Below, in pieces: positions 49,151-63,342 of a DNA stretch of 64,000 nucleotides (position 1 is the first letter of the stretch; every line of letters begins with the position of its first letter). Source of the stretch: Adineta vaga (Eukaryota; Animalia; Rotifera); assembly GCA_021613535.1 (NCBI GenBank), contig CP075492.1, positions 3,534,001-3,598,000 on the forward strand, read 5' to 3'. The position numbers and the translations under genes are program-made. The notes beneath the pieces were generated by a model. It was given only the letters and a program-made list of their open reading frames with translations. It was not told the origin of the DNA and did not search any database.

Positions 49151-49587
49151 TTAGCCCCAACCACAGAGAAAACGAGCACCAGTATGGTAACATTTATAAG
49201 GAGCACAACAACGGTCACCAGCACCATGAGGAAAACGATGATCGTTACGATAAGCTCTATAAGCAGCTGTGTAAGCTTCATTATTATACAACGGATTTAC
49301 AGCAGGAGCGTCGGGAACAGCAGCACGAGCAGCAGCATGAGCAGCAGCAACAGATGCATCAGTAGCAGCTACAGCAGAGAAGTAAGAATCACGATCACAT
49401 CCACCATCATAACCAGTACATGTAGCTTCTGCGCGGAGTCCATGAAGAAGTTCACGGAGCACCACTCGTTGACTAGCTTTTAAACTGGCCTCTTCAGAGC
49501 TTTCTTTCTTGTTTGTGTGTGAGAACTTATTACCAAGAAGCCATAAATAAGAGCCAAACATATTAATATCTTAGTGAGATTCATCAT
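49151..49587 (-). CDS. Secreted knottin-like (ICK) peptide precursor, frameshifted in a CA repeat
   Basis: Signal peptide MMNLTKILICLALIYGFLVISS in one frame; pro-region and C-x6-C...CC-x4-C-x8-C-GWG in another. Removing one CA at 49514-49521 fuses them. Confidence 0.6.
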
Positions 49588-50707
49588 ATTGTCTTATTGA
49601 TGAATCGATAAATGTACGTTTATAATTTTACGTTATTATTTCGACTCTTATATACTCATTAATCGAAATAGAGAGAGATGAAAAAGTTAACGATGTTTAC
49701 ATCGACACTGCGACCTAAAGTACGATGATTAGTTTAAAAAGTGTTCGAAAAATAGACTACAATATAATATTAAAGTCAGAAAAGACAACCGTATTTTTCT
49801 CTCTAGTTACGAGGATGTTTTCGCTTGTGCGCAAATCTGTGCTCATTCATCCATATTGCTGTCTTATGAGAAATAAGTTATTGCACATATTGGTAGCAAT
49901 CATGTATTTCTCTTCTCGATATATTTTTTGTTTAAAAAATAAATGAATCATTCTCAATCTACTAATTCGTTTATTTAAAATAGACATTAATCTGATCTGA
50001 TCTGCGGAATCGAAATAAAACTTATGGAACTGTATCACTTTTCTACTGATCAGCTCCTCTACTGTGGCTTCTCGTGTTGAAAGTCTTGAAGGCTCTGTCA
50101 CTTTGTAGTTTCTTTATTATATTTTAGATAAGCGTCTTCACGTTTGAAAACAAATAAGAAACATCAGCAAACAAAATATTTTCTTAACTAACTAATCCAA
50201 TCTTTCTACTTCCATAAATCAACAATCTCAAATTTCATGAGTTTTTCGTTCTTTTCAATGTGATGCAATAGGAGTCGTTGGTATCTGATTGGTGAATGAA
50301 GTAACTTCTTAAAAGAAAACCTTCGTATTTGCTTCGAATGAACGAAACCTTCATCTTCCCATTGTTTTTTTGTCATCAGAAAAATTGTTAAAAAGTCAAA
50401 TTTTACTCGTTTGATCTGAAGAGAGCCTTAACGGTTCGTTTTTAAATCACATTTATCTTATGTTGATGAAACATTTGAACAAAAAAACTGAGTTATCCGA
50501 TACATCATACTATAAGAGAGACTACTATTAGGTATTGATTCATTTATCTTTTTGTAGAAGCTCAATTGTGACAGAAAATGGCAGAAGCATAATCGAACGT
50601 TTCATCTTATTTTCCTTTTCCATGTTTTAATTTGGGTTCGAAAACTTAAAATATTCTGTACTTATTACAACGAAACTATCATATCTCTAAGATTGCAAAC
50701 ATACACA

Positions 50708-51160
50708 TATAAGACTATACATCAATCAGAACTTCAATGATGTTGATTCTGTACAGAGAGAGAAAGAGAATAATGAAAAATATTTGATGATGAAAGGTAA
50801 AGAGACAAAGAATATATGTTTATTCAAAGTCACTTGTCAACTTGATTAAATGCTTATCGACTGAAGGATAATTATGTTTTTTTACGAAGCACCCCCAAAT
50901 GTTTTGAAAACACAAAGTTTTTCTTAAATGCGTATAAGACTATACATCAATCAGAACTTCAATGATGTTGATTCTGTATATATATAGAGAGAGAAAGAGC
51001 AACGAAAAATGTTTGATGATGCTAGGTAAAGAGACAAAGAATATATGTTTACTCAAGGTGACCGGTCAACTGGATTAAATGTTTATCGATTGAAGGATAA
51101 TTATACTTTTTTGCTCAGCACCCTCAAATATTTTCAAAAGACGAAATTTTCGTAAATATG
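50708..51160 (+). repeat. Tandem direct duplication, ~225-bp unit x2
   Basis: TATAAGACTATACATCAATCAGAACTTCAATGATGTTGATTCTGTA starts at 50708 and at 50933, with colinear similarity afterwards. Confidence 0.85.
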
Positions 51161-51649
51161 TTTAACACTATTCATTACGTATATTCTAACCGCAAAAATG
51201 TTTTCAATGTTATCTTCATTCACAGTTGAACTATTCATATTCAGGTATTATTTTGACATTAGAATCAAATCTATTTGTTTAGACATTCACTGATGATCGT
51301 ATGTCTAATCGCAAGAGAATTAGATGACTGCTCTTTGATTCACAATACTCTGTGTAATTGAAAAGAGATTGAAGAATATTTCATTCTACGATTGTAAAAG
51401 TTCTGATTAAATAGAAGAATCATTATTAATAATCGATCAATGTCTTCATTGACACCATCAACGTTTAAAGAATATGCGCAATATAGGGAGAATATGACGA
51501 AGTCTATTATAGAACATCAAAAAGTACTTCTTACGAGAGAATGTACTATATGAAAAACAAACGATATTTTTCGATTTCTTTCATCAAAAGTAAGTACTAG
51601 TATGGTTCTATCATTGTCGACACAATTTGCCTATAATAGCAGTTATTTT

Positions 51650-52560
51650 CATAGAAGCATTTTACTAATTATTTCAGTATTCGTCGGACTTCATTTGACA
51701 AATACAAATAAATATAAAATGTATCTATAAAATTCGCATGAAATAGAAAACGACGAATTTGTAAAATAATATGCTATCCCAAGCTGATCAAAGAGCAGTT
51801 TTTTCTGCTGTACTTGCTGCTTCAGGATAAACTGATCCCAATGCAAAAACTTGAAATATCAAGAATAATCAATTGAGGAATTAACATTCGATAAATTTGT
51901 CTTTCTAATCGATCGTGTTGATTGACAAGTACTATTCCATGAAGATTTCGAAGAATGTCATGCATAAAAATAACAATTAAAACAGTGATAATTATTGTAA
52001 AAAATAACGAAGTCAAGACATAATTATTCATACTATTCAACATTGGTCATTTGCCACGAAACACATAAAGCTAACAAGTGGACTTGAAATAAGAACTGAT
52101 AAATATAAAAATAAACAGAAAAGAATCGTTTTACAAATAGCATAACAAACAAATTGAATTGTTTTCCAACGATTGCAAAAGGCTGCCTCATGATACGTAC
52201 TAGCATATTGATCAAAAGCAACCAAACTGCTCTTACAAAGAGAAAATAATTACATAAACAACAAATGATTTCATTTGTTGGAAATAAAAAAAATACTAAA
52301 TCGTTCAGCAAGACCAGATAAAATACAGATTATGTTGATAAATATATGTTTGTCATAAAAGTACCTGCAATATTAATGAATTATGGCTGAATTGTATCAA
52401 AATGCTCGTTGTCGAACAAAGACTATGATATAGTTAAGATTGATCTAATCGTACAAAATATATTGATTTGAAATGAACAGAAAAGTAGTTTTTCTTATGA
52501 CGAAGACAAGAAAAAATTTTCTTCAAGTTTTCATAAATCTTTATTGAATAAAAGAACATA
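51650..52560 (-). pseudogene. Decayed rhodopsin-like GPCR gene
   Basis: TM-like fragments in several frames (AFDQYAST, RLERQIYRMLIPQL, FYIYLYL) with frameshifts. Confidence 0.6.
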
Positions 52561-53387
52561 TTCGCTCTGTTTGTCAGTGCGAAGCAAATCTTACTTAATG
52601 ATATATGAATAATATTGTTGACTTTTATACTTACGTGAACCAATGAACCAGGTTGGTTTATATGGTGCGGTAGGAAAGATTGTTGTTCGATTGACATTTC
52701 AACTGAATTATCTTCCATGACAGTATTGTAACTTGATGTATTATCTCATTATCGTTCATACAATTGAATATTTAAAACCGGAGAAAAGAACTTGACGAAA
52801 TTAACATTCTCTTATTTTCATGAGAAATCGATGTAAAGCTCTTATCACGTCCGATCGAACTGTTTACACTACAGTTTTGATCTATTTTGTAACGTTTAGC
52901 TTTCCCCATGATTATTTCAATACATTTAATCTCTTTGTAGAAGTCAGAACGCATATCTGAACATAGTCGAAGAAGAGAGAAGAAATTGCAATGAATCTGT
53001 TTTTGACTCTAACTTTGGATTGAAATAAAGAACTTAAAAAATGATCTTATATTTACTTCGTTTTTATCTCGAAATAAACGTATGTGGAATATAATCACTC
53101 ATTACAAGAAGAATACTTATAACAACAATGATGATAATGTGTATGCTATATGCTAGATCTCTAGATGAAAGAGAAAAACAACAGGTATCCATCTCATGAT
53201 AATACGAGAAATATAGGGAGATGACTATATAGTCGAACCTTGTAAGAACTTCAATTCGCAGTATCAAAGATAGCTGTGATCTCTGTCAGTAGAACTGATC
53301 TGATTATATGATATATTTGTTTATTATCAAAAGGTTAGTGAATTGAATGGAACGACTCATGAATAATATTTGATATTCATTTTACGT

Positions 53388-55103
53388 CTAACTTTGTATA
53401 TCGCTCTGTTGAAGACGCAGAATATTAAATTTTTGTATTCGATGATTTCCAGTATCGGCAACCCAAAGATTCCCGTCACGATCGAAAGATAAACCTTGAA
53501 TGTTCTTAAATTGATTTGCCTGATTTCCTTCTCCGTTTCCTCCAATAATAAGACGACCTTCTCGAGATCCTTTCGGCCAACACATAACTCGACAATTTTC
53601 ACGATCAGCTACATAAACATTACGTGAACGATCGACAATAACACCTTGTGGAAAATTCAAATGTTCAAAACCATTTCCTTGACCATTACCACCAGCAACG
53701 ATAGTACCTTCTTTTGCATCTTTCTTCCATTTCATCACACGATGATTCTTTGAGTCTGATATATAAACTGAAAGGTCTTCATCAACAAATATATAACTTG
53801 GATAATCGAGTTGATTTAAACTATTTCCCGTTTTATTTCCACCTGCTACGATTACTGCATCAATATCTCCTTGTTTCAATCGTCTTACTTCATTCTTCAA
53901 TGTATCTGAAGCATAAATATTGCCGTTAATATCCATTGTTAAACCCTGACAATGTATATTTCTAATAATCGGCTCTATTATCTTATTACGACGATCCCAT
54001 CGTATTACTCGACCATGTTGTCGATCACAAATGATAAGTGAATCATTCTTTTCATCAATAATCATTCCTGCTGCACAAAGCAATGGTTTTCGTACGTCTG
54101 CTTCTTCATGAGCGCCAACAATGATATGTCCACTGGGTGCACCATATTTCCATTGAACAATACGATCGTTTAACGAATCTGCAACATAAATCATTTGATC
54201 GTCGTAATTAAAATAAACGCCAAACGGACACGTTAATTGATTTAAATTTTTTCCTGGTCCATTGCCTCCAGCAACAGTTAATCCGTTTTGTTCCCATTGA
54301 GCATTTAACGGGATTTTTATCGTCGAAAACAAATTTTCTAAGATACAAGAAAAAAAATCATTCTCTCTTATACTAAAATATATCTATACACTATAATCAT
54401 TTCTGTTCTGACATTATTTTCTAAACAATGAGTGAAGTATAAATACGGGAGTGAAGAAACAAGTAGACGATATTTATTTTTATTAGACTCTTCTTCGTGA
54501 GAAAGGAAACTACCCAAGACGATAATACTTTGACATGGCATACAATCAGTATTTTATTTTCTCAAAGATAACTAAATCGAAATACTTACCATACGACAAA
54601 GTCATAGATATTTTATTGATTAACGGTCCTGAATGTTCTTGAACAATAACTCGAGATAGATCATAAAGTTTTTCTTTTAGTTTTTCAAGTTCTTCATTTA
54701 ATTTTTGTAGATGTGATTCATGAAAAACTGAAGTTCGACGAATTTTTCTTAATTGATCAGTCAATTTCGATAAATTAAATTTCATTTGATAAATACATTC
54801 ATTTTTAAATCGACCTACATTTTGTCTAAGTATACTTGCTTTTTCACGAATATTTCGAAATGAATCTTCTTCCCATCTATCAATCGATTTCATTAATACA
54901 TTTTCTTCTTCATCAAAATTATATTCATTAAACATGTGTTGAAGAGTATTGCGATTATTTTCAATTACTTCTAATTGTTTACTTAATTCTTCTCGATGTT
55001 CAAAATAATGATTGGGACAAAAATCTTGTGAACATCCAACACATCGATCCACCGAATCGTCTTCACATCTTACACAATGTTCTTCATCATCTGTTGTAGA
55101 CAT
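53388..55103 (-). CDS. B-box-like + coiled coil + NHL-repeat protein (TRIM-NHL-like)
   Basis: CVRC..CVGC...FC..H...H, coiled coil, phase-1 intron 54589..54338, NHL repeats (VAGGNG.G....QL..P, YVAD..N.R). Confidence 0.88.
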
Positions 55104-55812
55104 GTGTCAATAGGATTAAGTCGATGATACTCACCTTGGATATTTTTACAGATGAAAATGTCTAGAAAACAGACGACTAGGAGAATAACATATATTATTT
55201 TACCTATATTGAGACACAATGAATGTAAAAAAATGATAGAAAAAGTGCGGCAATATTCGAATACTTTTATATCGATATCCGATCACCTTTTTCCCTCATT
55301 GATATTTTTTCTTACTACGAAGAAAAAAGTACAAAACATTTGATCTAAACTCGTTTGTTACGTATGAAAAACAAGTCATTTTTGACGTGCAAGCGAAGAA
55401 CAGTGAAAATGATTACCAATGGTTGATTAATCAAAGATAAAAAGGAAGTGAAATAACGATAAAATTGAGTTAAATGAGTATCATGGATATTACATAGTCC
55501 GAGATTGCTTTTATTTCAAAAAATAACAATGAAGATTCTATGAATTCCTAATATATGATTATACTAATCTTTCAAATCTTATTCATTAGTATCGCCGGTT
55601 ACTTTGAAATCGTTCCTGAAATGTTTCAGGCAAGAGTAACATCTATGTGTTTCAGAAGAGTAGTAATTCATATTATTATCGGACGAAATAAAGTTCTTTT
55701 CAAAATGCAAAATGTTGATTTGTTTTATTTAAAAGATTAATATTTCATCTACAGTTCTGCTGCTGTACATCTAAATCTGTTCGATATGAAGAGAACCAAT
55801 ATTTTTTGTGAG

Positions 55813-56900
55813 TCAATCGGTAGTAGGAGCAACTTCTCCTCCTTCCGGTTCATTGTTAAGATTATCAATTTCTGGAACAATCGCTCCAACTAATGCTTTC
55901 ACGATATAATCACCTCGTGAAAATGGATAATTTTGACCGCGAAATCGTCGAATTCTCTCTCTTTCAGTGAAATAATCGTCTGTAACATCCACATTGACCA
56001 TTCGTCTATCCCATTCAACCAAATAATCAACACAAACAGGATCATCAGTACAGATTAAAAACATTACATGTGTTGTTTCTGTGTTTCGTACATTCACCAT
56101 CAGATGTTCAAGTTCTTCAACGTTTATATTTCCTTTCTTATCAGTTGGAGCACCATCAGTTGCAATAAATAAAAGAACTTTCTTATCTCTTCCACGTCGT
56201 GTTATTGGTAATCGAAAAATATAGCCGAGACTAGCAACTAAGGGTGTGTAGCCACGTGGCGGTACTGTAAACGCTGCGTTGATTGCTTGAGAATCAGTGA
56301 CATCGAGCATCGGTGGACGATTCAGAAAATAAATATCAACACCACTTGAATTAAAAATAACACCGATCTCTAAGACAATTTTAACAATTTCACAAAGTTC
56401 ATCCCAACGAGTGCGATTTGTATCATCAACAGGTGTGTTCATTGAACCAGAATCATCACATAAAATAACGATTTCATAATCATCAAGTAAACAAAGATGA
56501 CGACTTAAGGTTTCTTGTATTTCATATTTTTCAGCTATGCGACGAAGATCATCATCGACTAAAAGATTAGATTGTATGTTAAATGAAACGAATTAATCCT
56601 TGTAACTTACATCGTTTCCTAGGCTGATATGGAATACTTTGTGGAATGGAATAATAAGAATCTGTAAGAGAAGACGGTATTTCTTGACGGAAATCAAGAA
56701 TTGAATATATTTATATTTTAATAAAATCAATATTTACCTGATGTATGTTCCCATGGCGGTTGAATATGAGATCTAAATTTCTCTTCTGATGAAAAATCAC
56801 TATTGTCTAAACGTTGAAATGGACTCCAACGTCCCGATAATTCTTCAGCATATCTCGATCGAGATTGTGTTATTCTCTCATTAATGTTTCGCGATATCAT
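55813..56900 (-). CDS. vWA-domain protein (copy 1), multi-exon
   Basis: IVILCDDSGSM (MIDAS DxSxS), TRWDEL, GVDIYFLN, GYTPL, FIATDGAP, DVTDDY. Confidence 0.85.
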
Positions 56901-57174
56901 ATCTAAACAATAAAACGCATTACGAAATAAATTGTCTATTCGTCGAATCTTTCAAAAAATCACGTTGCGAGAAAAAAAACCTTCGGCTTTACGATATATA
57001 TTGGTATGCTTTATAAGTTAACGATTATTTTTCGTTCTGTACCTCCGTTTTGCATTTATCATTAACGAATGTTAATGCTTTTATCGACTATTGTTTAAAA
57101 AACAATGTGAGATAAAAACGTCATTGATGTCGATGTGAATAACTTTAGTAATGAGATTAAAAGTAATATAGACA

Positions 57175-57330
57175 GACAACTATAGTCGAATGTTGTAAGA
57201 GCTTTAATTCGCAATATCATAGGGATAGATGTGTTTTGTATGTAGCATAACTGTGGCTTCTATCATTATCAAATTTTTGAAATCGATGATTTCCAGAATC
57301 AGACATCCAAAGATTCCCGTCACGATCTAA
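57175..57330 (-). pseudogene. Remnant duplicate of the NHL gene 3' end and downstream flank
   Basis: TCGATGATTTCCAG...CCAAAGATTCCCGTCACGATC matches 53439-53483; TATAGTCGAA..TTGTAAGA...AATTCGCA matches about 53227-53262. Confidence 0.7.
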
Positions 57331-57889
57331 TTTTAATTTTTTTAAATTCTATAAATGATTAGTCTGGAAACACGATTACTGAACTGATGGGCAGTTTGAT
57401 TTGCAGCAAATTCAAACTGATAGTATCGTCTTACTTCGAAAAAATGTCATTATATGCAAGATATTAGGTGTATTAAAACCAATGAAACAATATCGAATTT
57501 ACTGACAAGACTTAGATATTGATTTTATCGCAAAATCATATAACTCATCATATGGATAAATTTGAATTTTCTTTTTCACATAAATCATTGGCCAATGCAA
57601 AGGTTTACGTTAATTGTGCAGATATAGACAAATATAACAAATAAAATAATCGTATCGAATAACATATTATATACGACATCTTTTCTATGAATGACATATG
57701 TGATGAGTCATACTCGAGCATTTTTTTGTCAAGAAAAGAAAAACACACGTCATGTGCCTGCGTAATCAGTTATTGCACATGAAGTGACAAAGATGATGTA
57801 TTTTTGTTCTAGATCGATGAATCATTCTCAAAGAGAATTAAGTTCTACAAAAGAACGATATTCATTTATATAGATAGAATTTCTTTTTA

Positions 57890-59014
57890 ATGTCTCCACG
57901 TCAAGTATCCAGTTTTCGATGGAATGGTAGTCAATGGATTACGTTCAATGCATCTTCTAATATAAATGAAGAGAAAACAACGAATGAAACGATTCGTATA
58001 GCGACATTAAATATACTTGCCGATTGTTTTCCATGGTTTATTGAAACAGTTGTACGAAGTAGTGAAAGATTGGAATGGTTATGTAACGGTATTATTAATC
58101 TTAATCCAACTATACTTGGTTTAAATGAAGTATCTCCAAATGTATTGCAACGATTACAACAATGTCCATTTATTCGAGAAAATTATTTTATTACCGAATG
58201 TTTCGATGAAAATGCCGATGGAAAGTGTGTTAATGGACTCTTATTACCACATGGATGTATACTTTTAAGTAAATTACCATTTTACGAAGTATTTGCAGTT
58301 CCTTTTACCGGTAAAAGACGTGAAGCTGTGATTGGAAAAGTTCAATTTGGTAAAGATTTCGTATATTTTTGTACTCATCATACGACTGCACGGCAAGGAA
58401 CGAAAAATGCACAATTACGATCTAGACAAATACGTGAAGTCATTGATGTTTTACAACCACTTGGATCTCCATTTGTGATTATGGGTGATTTAAATCTTTA
58501 TCATCAGTTTGAAGATGCAATCATAATTGACAATCAACTTATTGATGCATGGGCACAAACACATTTTTCTCATATTCATCCATTCAATGATGGTGATGAA
58601 GGATATACATTTGATGCGGTCAAAAATACTCTTATTCCTTATTATGTTCCTGGTAATTGTCGACAAATGCGACTTGATCGAATACTTTTTTCTCATGGAT
58701 TTCCTGCATTTGCCATAGCACCGTGTAAGCTATGGGCAAATGAACCGATTCAAACTGGAAATTATCTCTTTCCAAGTGATCATTTTGGACTTTGTATTGA
58801 TGTTGTCGTTACAAAAACTGATAATAATAGGGAAATGATTTCATTAAGTGAATCTGATCCATCCACTAATGAAATTCTTTCTCGTAATGCACAAAACAAT
58901 AGTGATGAACTACCTAATCGTCTTGGAATTGTACGAAAAACAATGGCATATACATCACATCTCGTTTGGCTTGGAGCGACTACTCTTGGTCTGAAACAGA
59001 CAACTCCAGACTAA
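57890..59014 (+). CDS. Endonuclease/exonuclease/phosphatase (EEP, TDP2-like) protein, intronless
   Basis: IATLNIL, LGLNEV, MGDLN, LIDAW, GYTFD, RLDRILF, PSDHFGL. Confidence 0.9.
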   Translation: MSPRQVSSFRWNGSQWITFNASSNINEEKTTNETIRIATLNILADCFPWFIETVVRSSERLEWLCNGIINLNPTILGLNEVSPNVLQRLQQCPFIRENYFITECFDENADGKCVNGLLLPHGCILLSKLPFYEVFAVPFTGKRREAVIGKVQFGKDFVYFCTHHTTARQGTKNAQLRSRQIREVIDVLQPLGSPFVIMGDLNLYHQFEDAIIIDNQLIDAWAQTHFSHIHPFNDGDEGYTFDAVKNTLIPYYVPGNCRQMRLDRILFSHGFPAFAIAPCKLWANEPIQTGNYLFPSDHFGLCIDVVVTKTDNNREMISLSESDPSTNEILSRNAQNNSDELPNRLGIVRKTMAYTSHLVWLGATTLGLKQTTPD

Positions 59015-59483
59015 CTAACTAACTTGTTAATATATGTCGATTTATTTCACTTTTTCTTTATACGTAACAATTGAGTATAAATCAGAATAAAACAGATAAA
59101 TGTCATGAGAATTTGATACAAAAATTGTCGTAGAAGAAGTACAAAGAAACTGCGATGAATCTGCTGTCGATAATAATATTTCACTTGTCGATTTCGTAGT
59201 ACTAGATGAATTACTTCAATCTTTTAGTGGTTTTTATTCTCGAGCGAAACGATAAGTATCGAATATATTGAGGCAGAAGAGAACAACAAAGTATAAGATC
59301 TGTTTGTCATGTATTTTGTAGAAATCATCGATTATTCTTTTATTTATTATCGAGATATTGAAAACGTAGAGAAATATATACCCACACTCTTTCTAAATCG
59401 ATCCAAGAAACATCAATAATCAATAAAACATTTTTTTCTAAAGCTACACAATTCATTTTATGTAAAACGAATGTTTTTGTGAA

Positions 59484-60569
59484 TCAATCGACAGTAGGAG
59501 CAACTTGTTCGGCCGGTTCATCATCAAGATTATCAATTTCTGGAACAATCGCTCCAACTAATGCTTTCACGATATAATCACCTTTTGAAAATGGATAATT
59601 TTGACCACGAAATCGTCGAATTCTCTCTCTTTCAGTGAAATAATCGTCTGTAACATCCACATTGACCATTCTTCTATCCCATTCAACCAAATAATCAACA
59701 CAAACAGGATCATCAGTACAGATTAAAAACATTACATGTGTTGTTTCTGTGTTTCGCACATTCACCATCAGATGTTCAAGTTCCTCAACGTTTATATTTC
59801 CTTTCTTATCAGTTGGTGCACCATCAGTTGCAATAAATAAAAGAACTTTCTTGTCTCTTCCACGTTGTGTTATTGGTAATCGAAAAATATAGCCGAGACT
59901 AGCAACTAAGGGTGTGTAACCATGTGGTGGTTCCGCAAATGCTGCGTTGACTGTTTGAGGATCAGTCACATTGGGCATCGGTGGGCGATTAAGAAAATAA
60001 ATATCAACACCACTTGAATCAAAAACAACACCGATCTCTAAGACAATTTTAACAATTTCACAAAGTTCATCCCAACGAGTGCGATTTGTATCATCAACAG
60101 GTGTGTTCATTGAACCAGAATCATCACATAAAATAACGATTTCATAATCATCAAGTAAACAAAGATGACGACTTAAGGTTTCTTGTATTTCATATTTTTC
60201 AGCTATGCGACGAAGATCATCATCGACTAAAAGATTAGATTGTATGTTAAATGAAACGAATTAATCCTTGTAACTTACATCGTCTTCTAGGTTGATATGG
60301 AATACTTTGAGGAACGGAATGAAAAGAATACGTGAGAGGAGTTGGTATTTCTTAAGAAAAATTCAATAAGAAATCGAGAACTTTTCTCATTAAAAACGAT
60401 ATTTACCTGATGTTTGTTCGCCTGCTGGTTGAACCGGATGTTTGGGTTCTACATCTGATGAAAAATCACTATTATTTAAATCGTCAGTAGATTCTGATCC
60501 TCTTGTTGATTCTCGAGCATAAGTCGATCGAGATAGTCTTATTCTCTCATTAATTTCACGAGATTCCAT
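59484..60569 (-). CDS. vWA-domain protein (copy 2), multi-exon
   Basis: Near-identical to copy 1 over the vWA domain, with the same exon structure. Confidence 0.85.
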
Positions 60570-62130
60570 ATCTAAACATTAAAATAGTATCCATTCAGTC
60601 TACCATGAAAGCATGTGTAAAAGAAAAATGAATACCTCAGGTATATTATGTGTATTGTCGTTTACAAACTGCTGAGTTTATACGTCAGATGTAAATTTTT
60701 TTTTCGTCCTGTTCTTCCGTTTTCTCATCATTTTCATTCATTGATGTAAAAACTTGTTTTTATTTCGGTTTTTAATGTCTATGTAAATGAATTTTTGATG
60801 AATGGGAAGTAAAAACTTATTTTTAAACTAATAAAGCAATCATAATTTTGCTCATCTTGAAAATTTTGTAGTTTTTTAATTAATGAGAAACAAATTGTTA
60901 TTTTTCTTTTGACCTATTATCAAAAATCTAATGCGTACACATTTGCTAAATTTAATAGACGCCATTTATATCTCATTAACAACAGACGCGTAAACATAAA
61001 AATACGCAATACTAGAAATTCATATCATTCAAAATAAAGAACAATAATTGTTTTTGTCTTTCTAATGGCTCTCTTTACAAGTTGTTCGACAGTATTATAA
61101 AAAAATGTGACCAGATCGTCTGAAAGAGCTCATAGTATGGCGTCTCTCCTGATTATTTGCGTTTATTAAAATACAATATAACATTACATGTTGTTTACCC
61201 CTAGGGAAAACCTAAAAAATCATATATTTTATATAATATCGTTTTTTTTCTTCTTGTAATATAACATAAAAACAAATCGAATAGAATATTTTGTGATATA
61301 TTAATTTTATTGATCATTTGCTAATGAATGCGAGTGCATGCAGCTGTAGCGATAGATTGACTTTAATCGTAAAAAGATCATCCAACAATGGTATTTGTTC
61401 AACTTTTTATTGCAGTTCTGTTTATTCATAGATATTTAGTAGTGCTCATTTCTTCAAAAGTCATGACTATAAACTGCACACACTGATTCAGAAAAAACCT
61501 GATAACGATAATTTTAGACGGGTATGTGCAAATGCATCTTTTCCAATTTCTATCTATCTTCGAGTAGTCTCAATCATCACCCATACACCCTCAAGGTCGA
61601 TCATCTAATGAGAATTCAATTACATCACAACAACTAATTATTTGAAAGCGAAATAGATATATAGAGCGACACGTATCGTCAAAATGAATTTGATTGATGT
61701 ATGGAACAATTTATTCTTTATTAATTTCAATTAACTATCGAGAAAAAACATATTGGTAAAAAATAAGAAATAACTATTGTCAGTTAGAAACTAATTTCAC
61801 GTCAAAACAAAGTGTAAAATGAAGTGAATATAGACCAATGACGTAACTTATAATTTATTTTCTATTCTATATCTATTTCCAATTCAATCCATTTATGCAT
61901 TAGATCCGAAATGGACTAGACGAAATCAGATTGAATTAATCATGAAAATTCATTTGAAGAAGATGATTTAACTGTGAATAGACCAATCGAGTTGGTCTAG
62001 TCTATTTGAAACATCAAGTGAGAATGATTTTTTTTTCAAGTGCAATTTTTTAAATAACCATAAAACCAAAATAATGAAAATTTGTCAATAAAAACCATTC
62101 GATTTCTTCATTTTTCTTATTTTTAGAAAA

Positions 62131-63342
<1,212 letters not shown>

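Noticed and set aside
49135-49483. Plus-strand Q/H/E-rich and Ser-rich ORFs
   Set aside because: Antisense shadows of the Ala-rich GCT/GCA codons of the minus-strand peptide gene.
50708-51160. Direct repeats as LTRs or a CRISPR-like array
   Set aside because: Two abutting units with no internal region, TG..CA ends or spacers; a simple tandem duplication.
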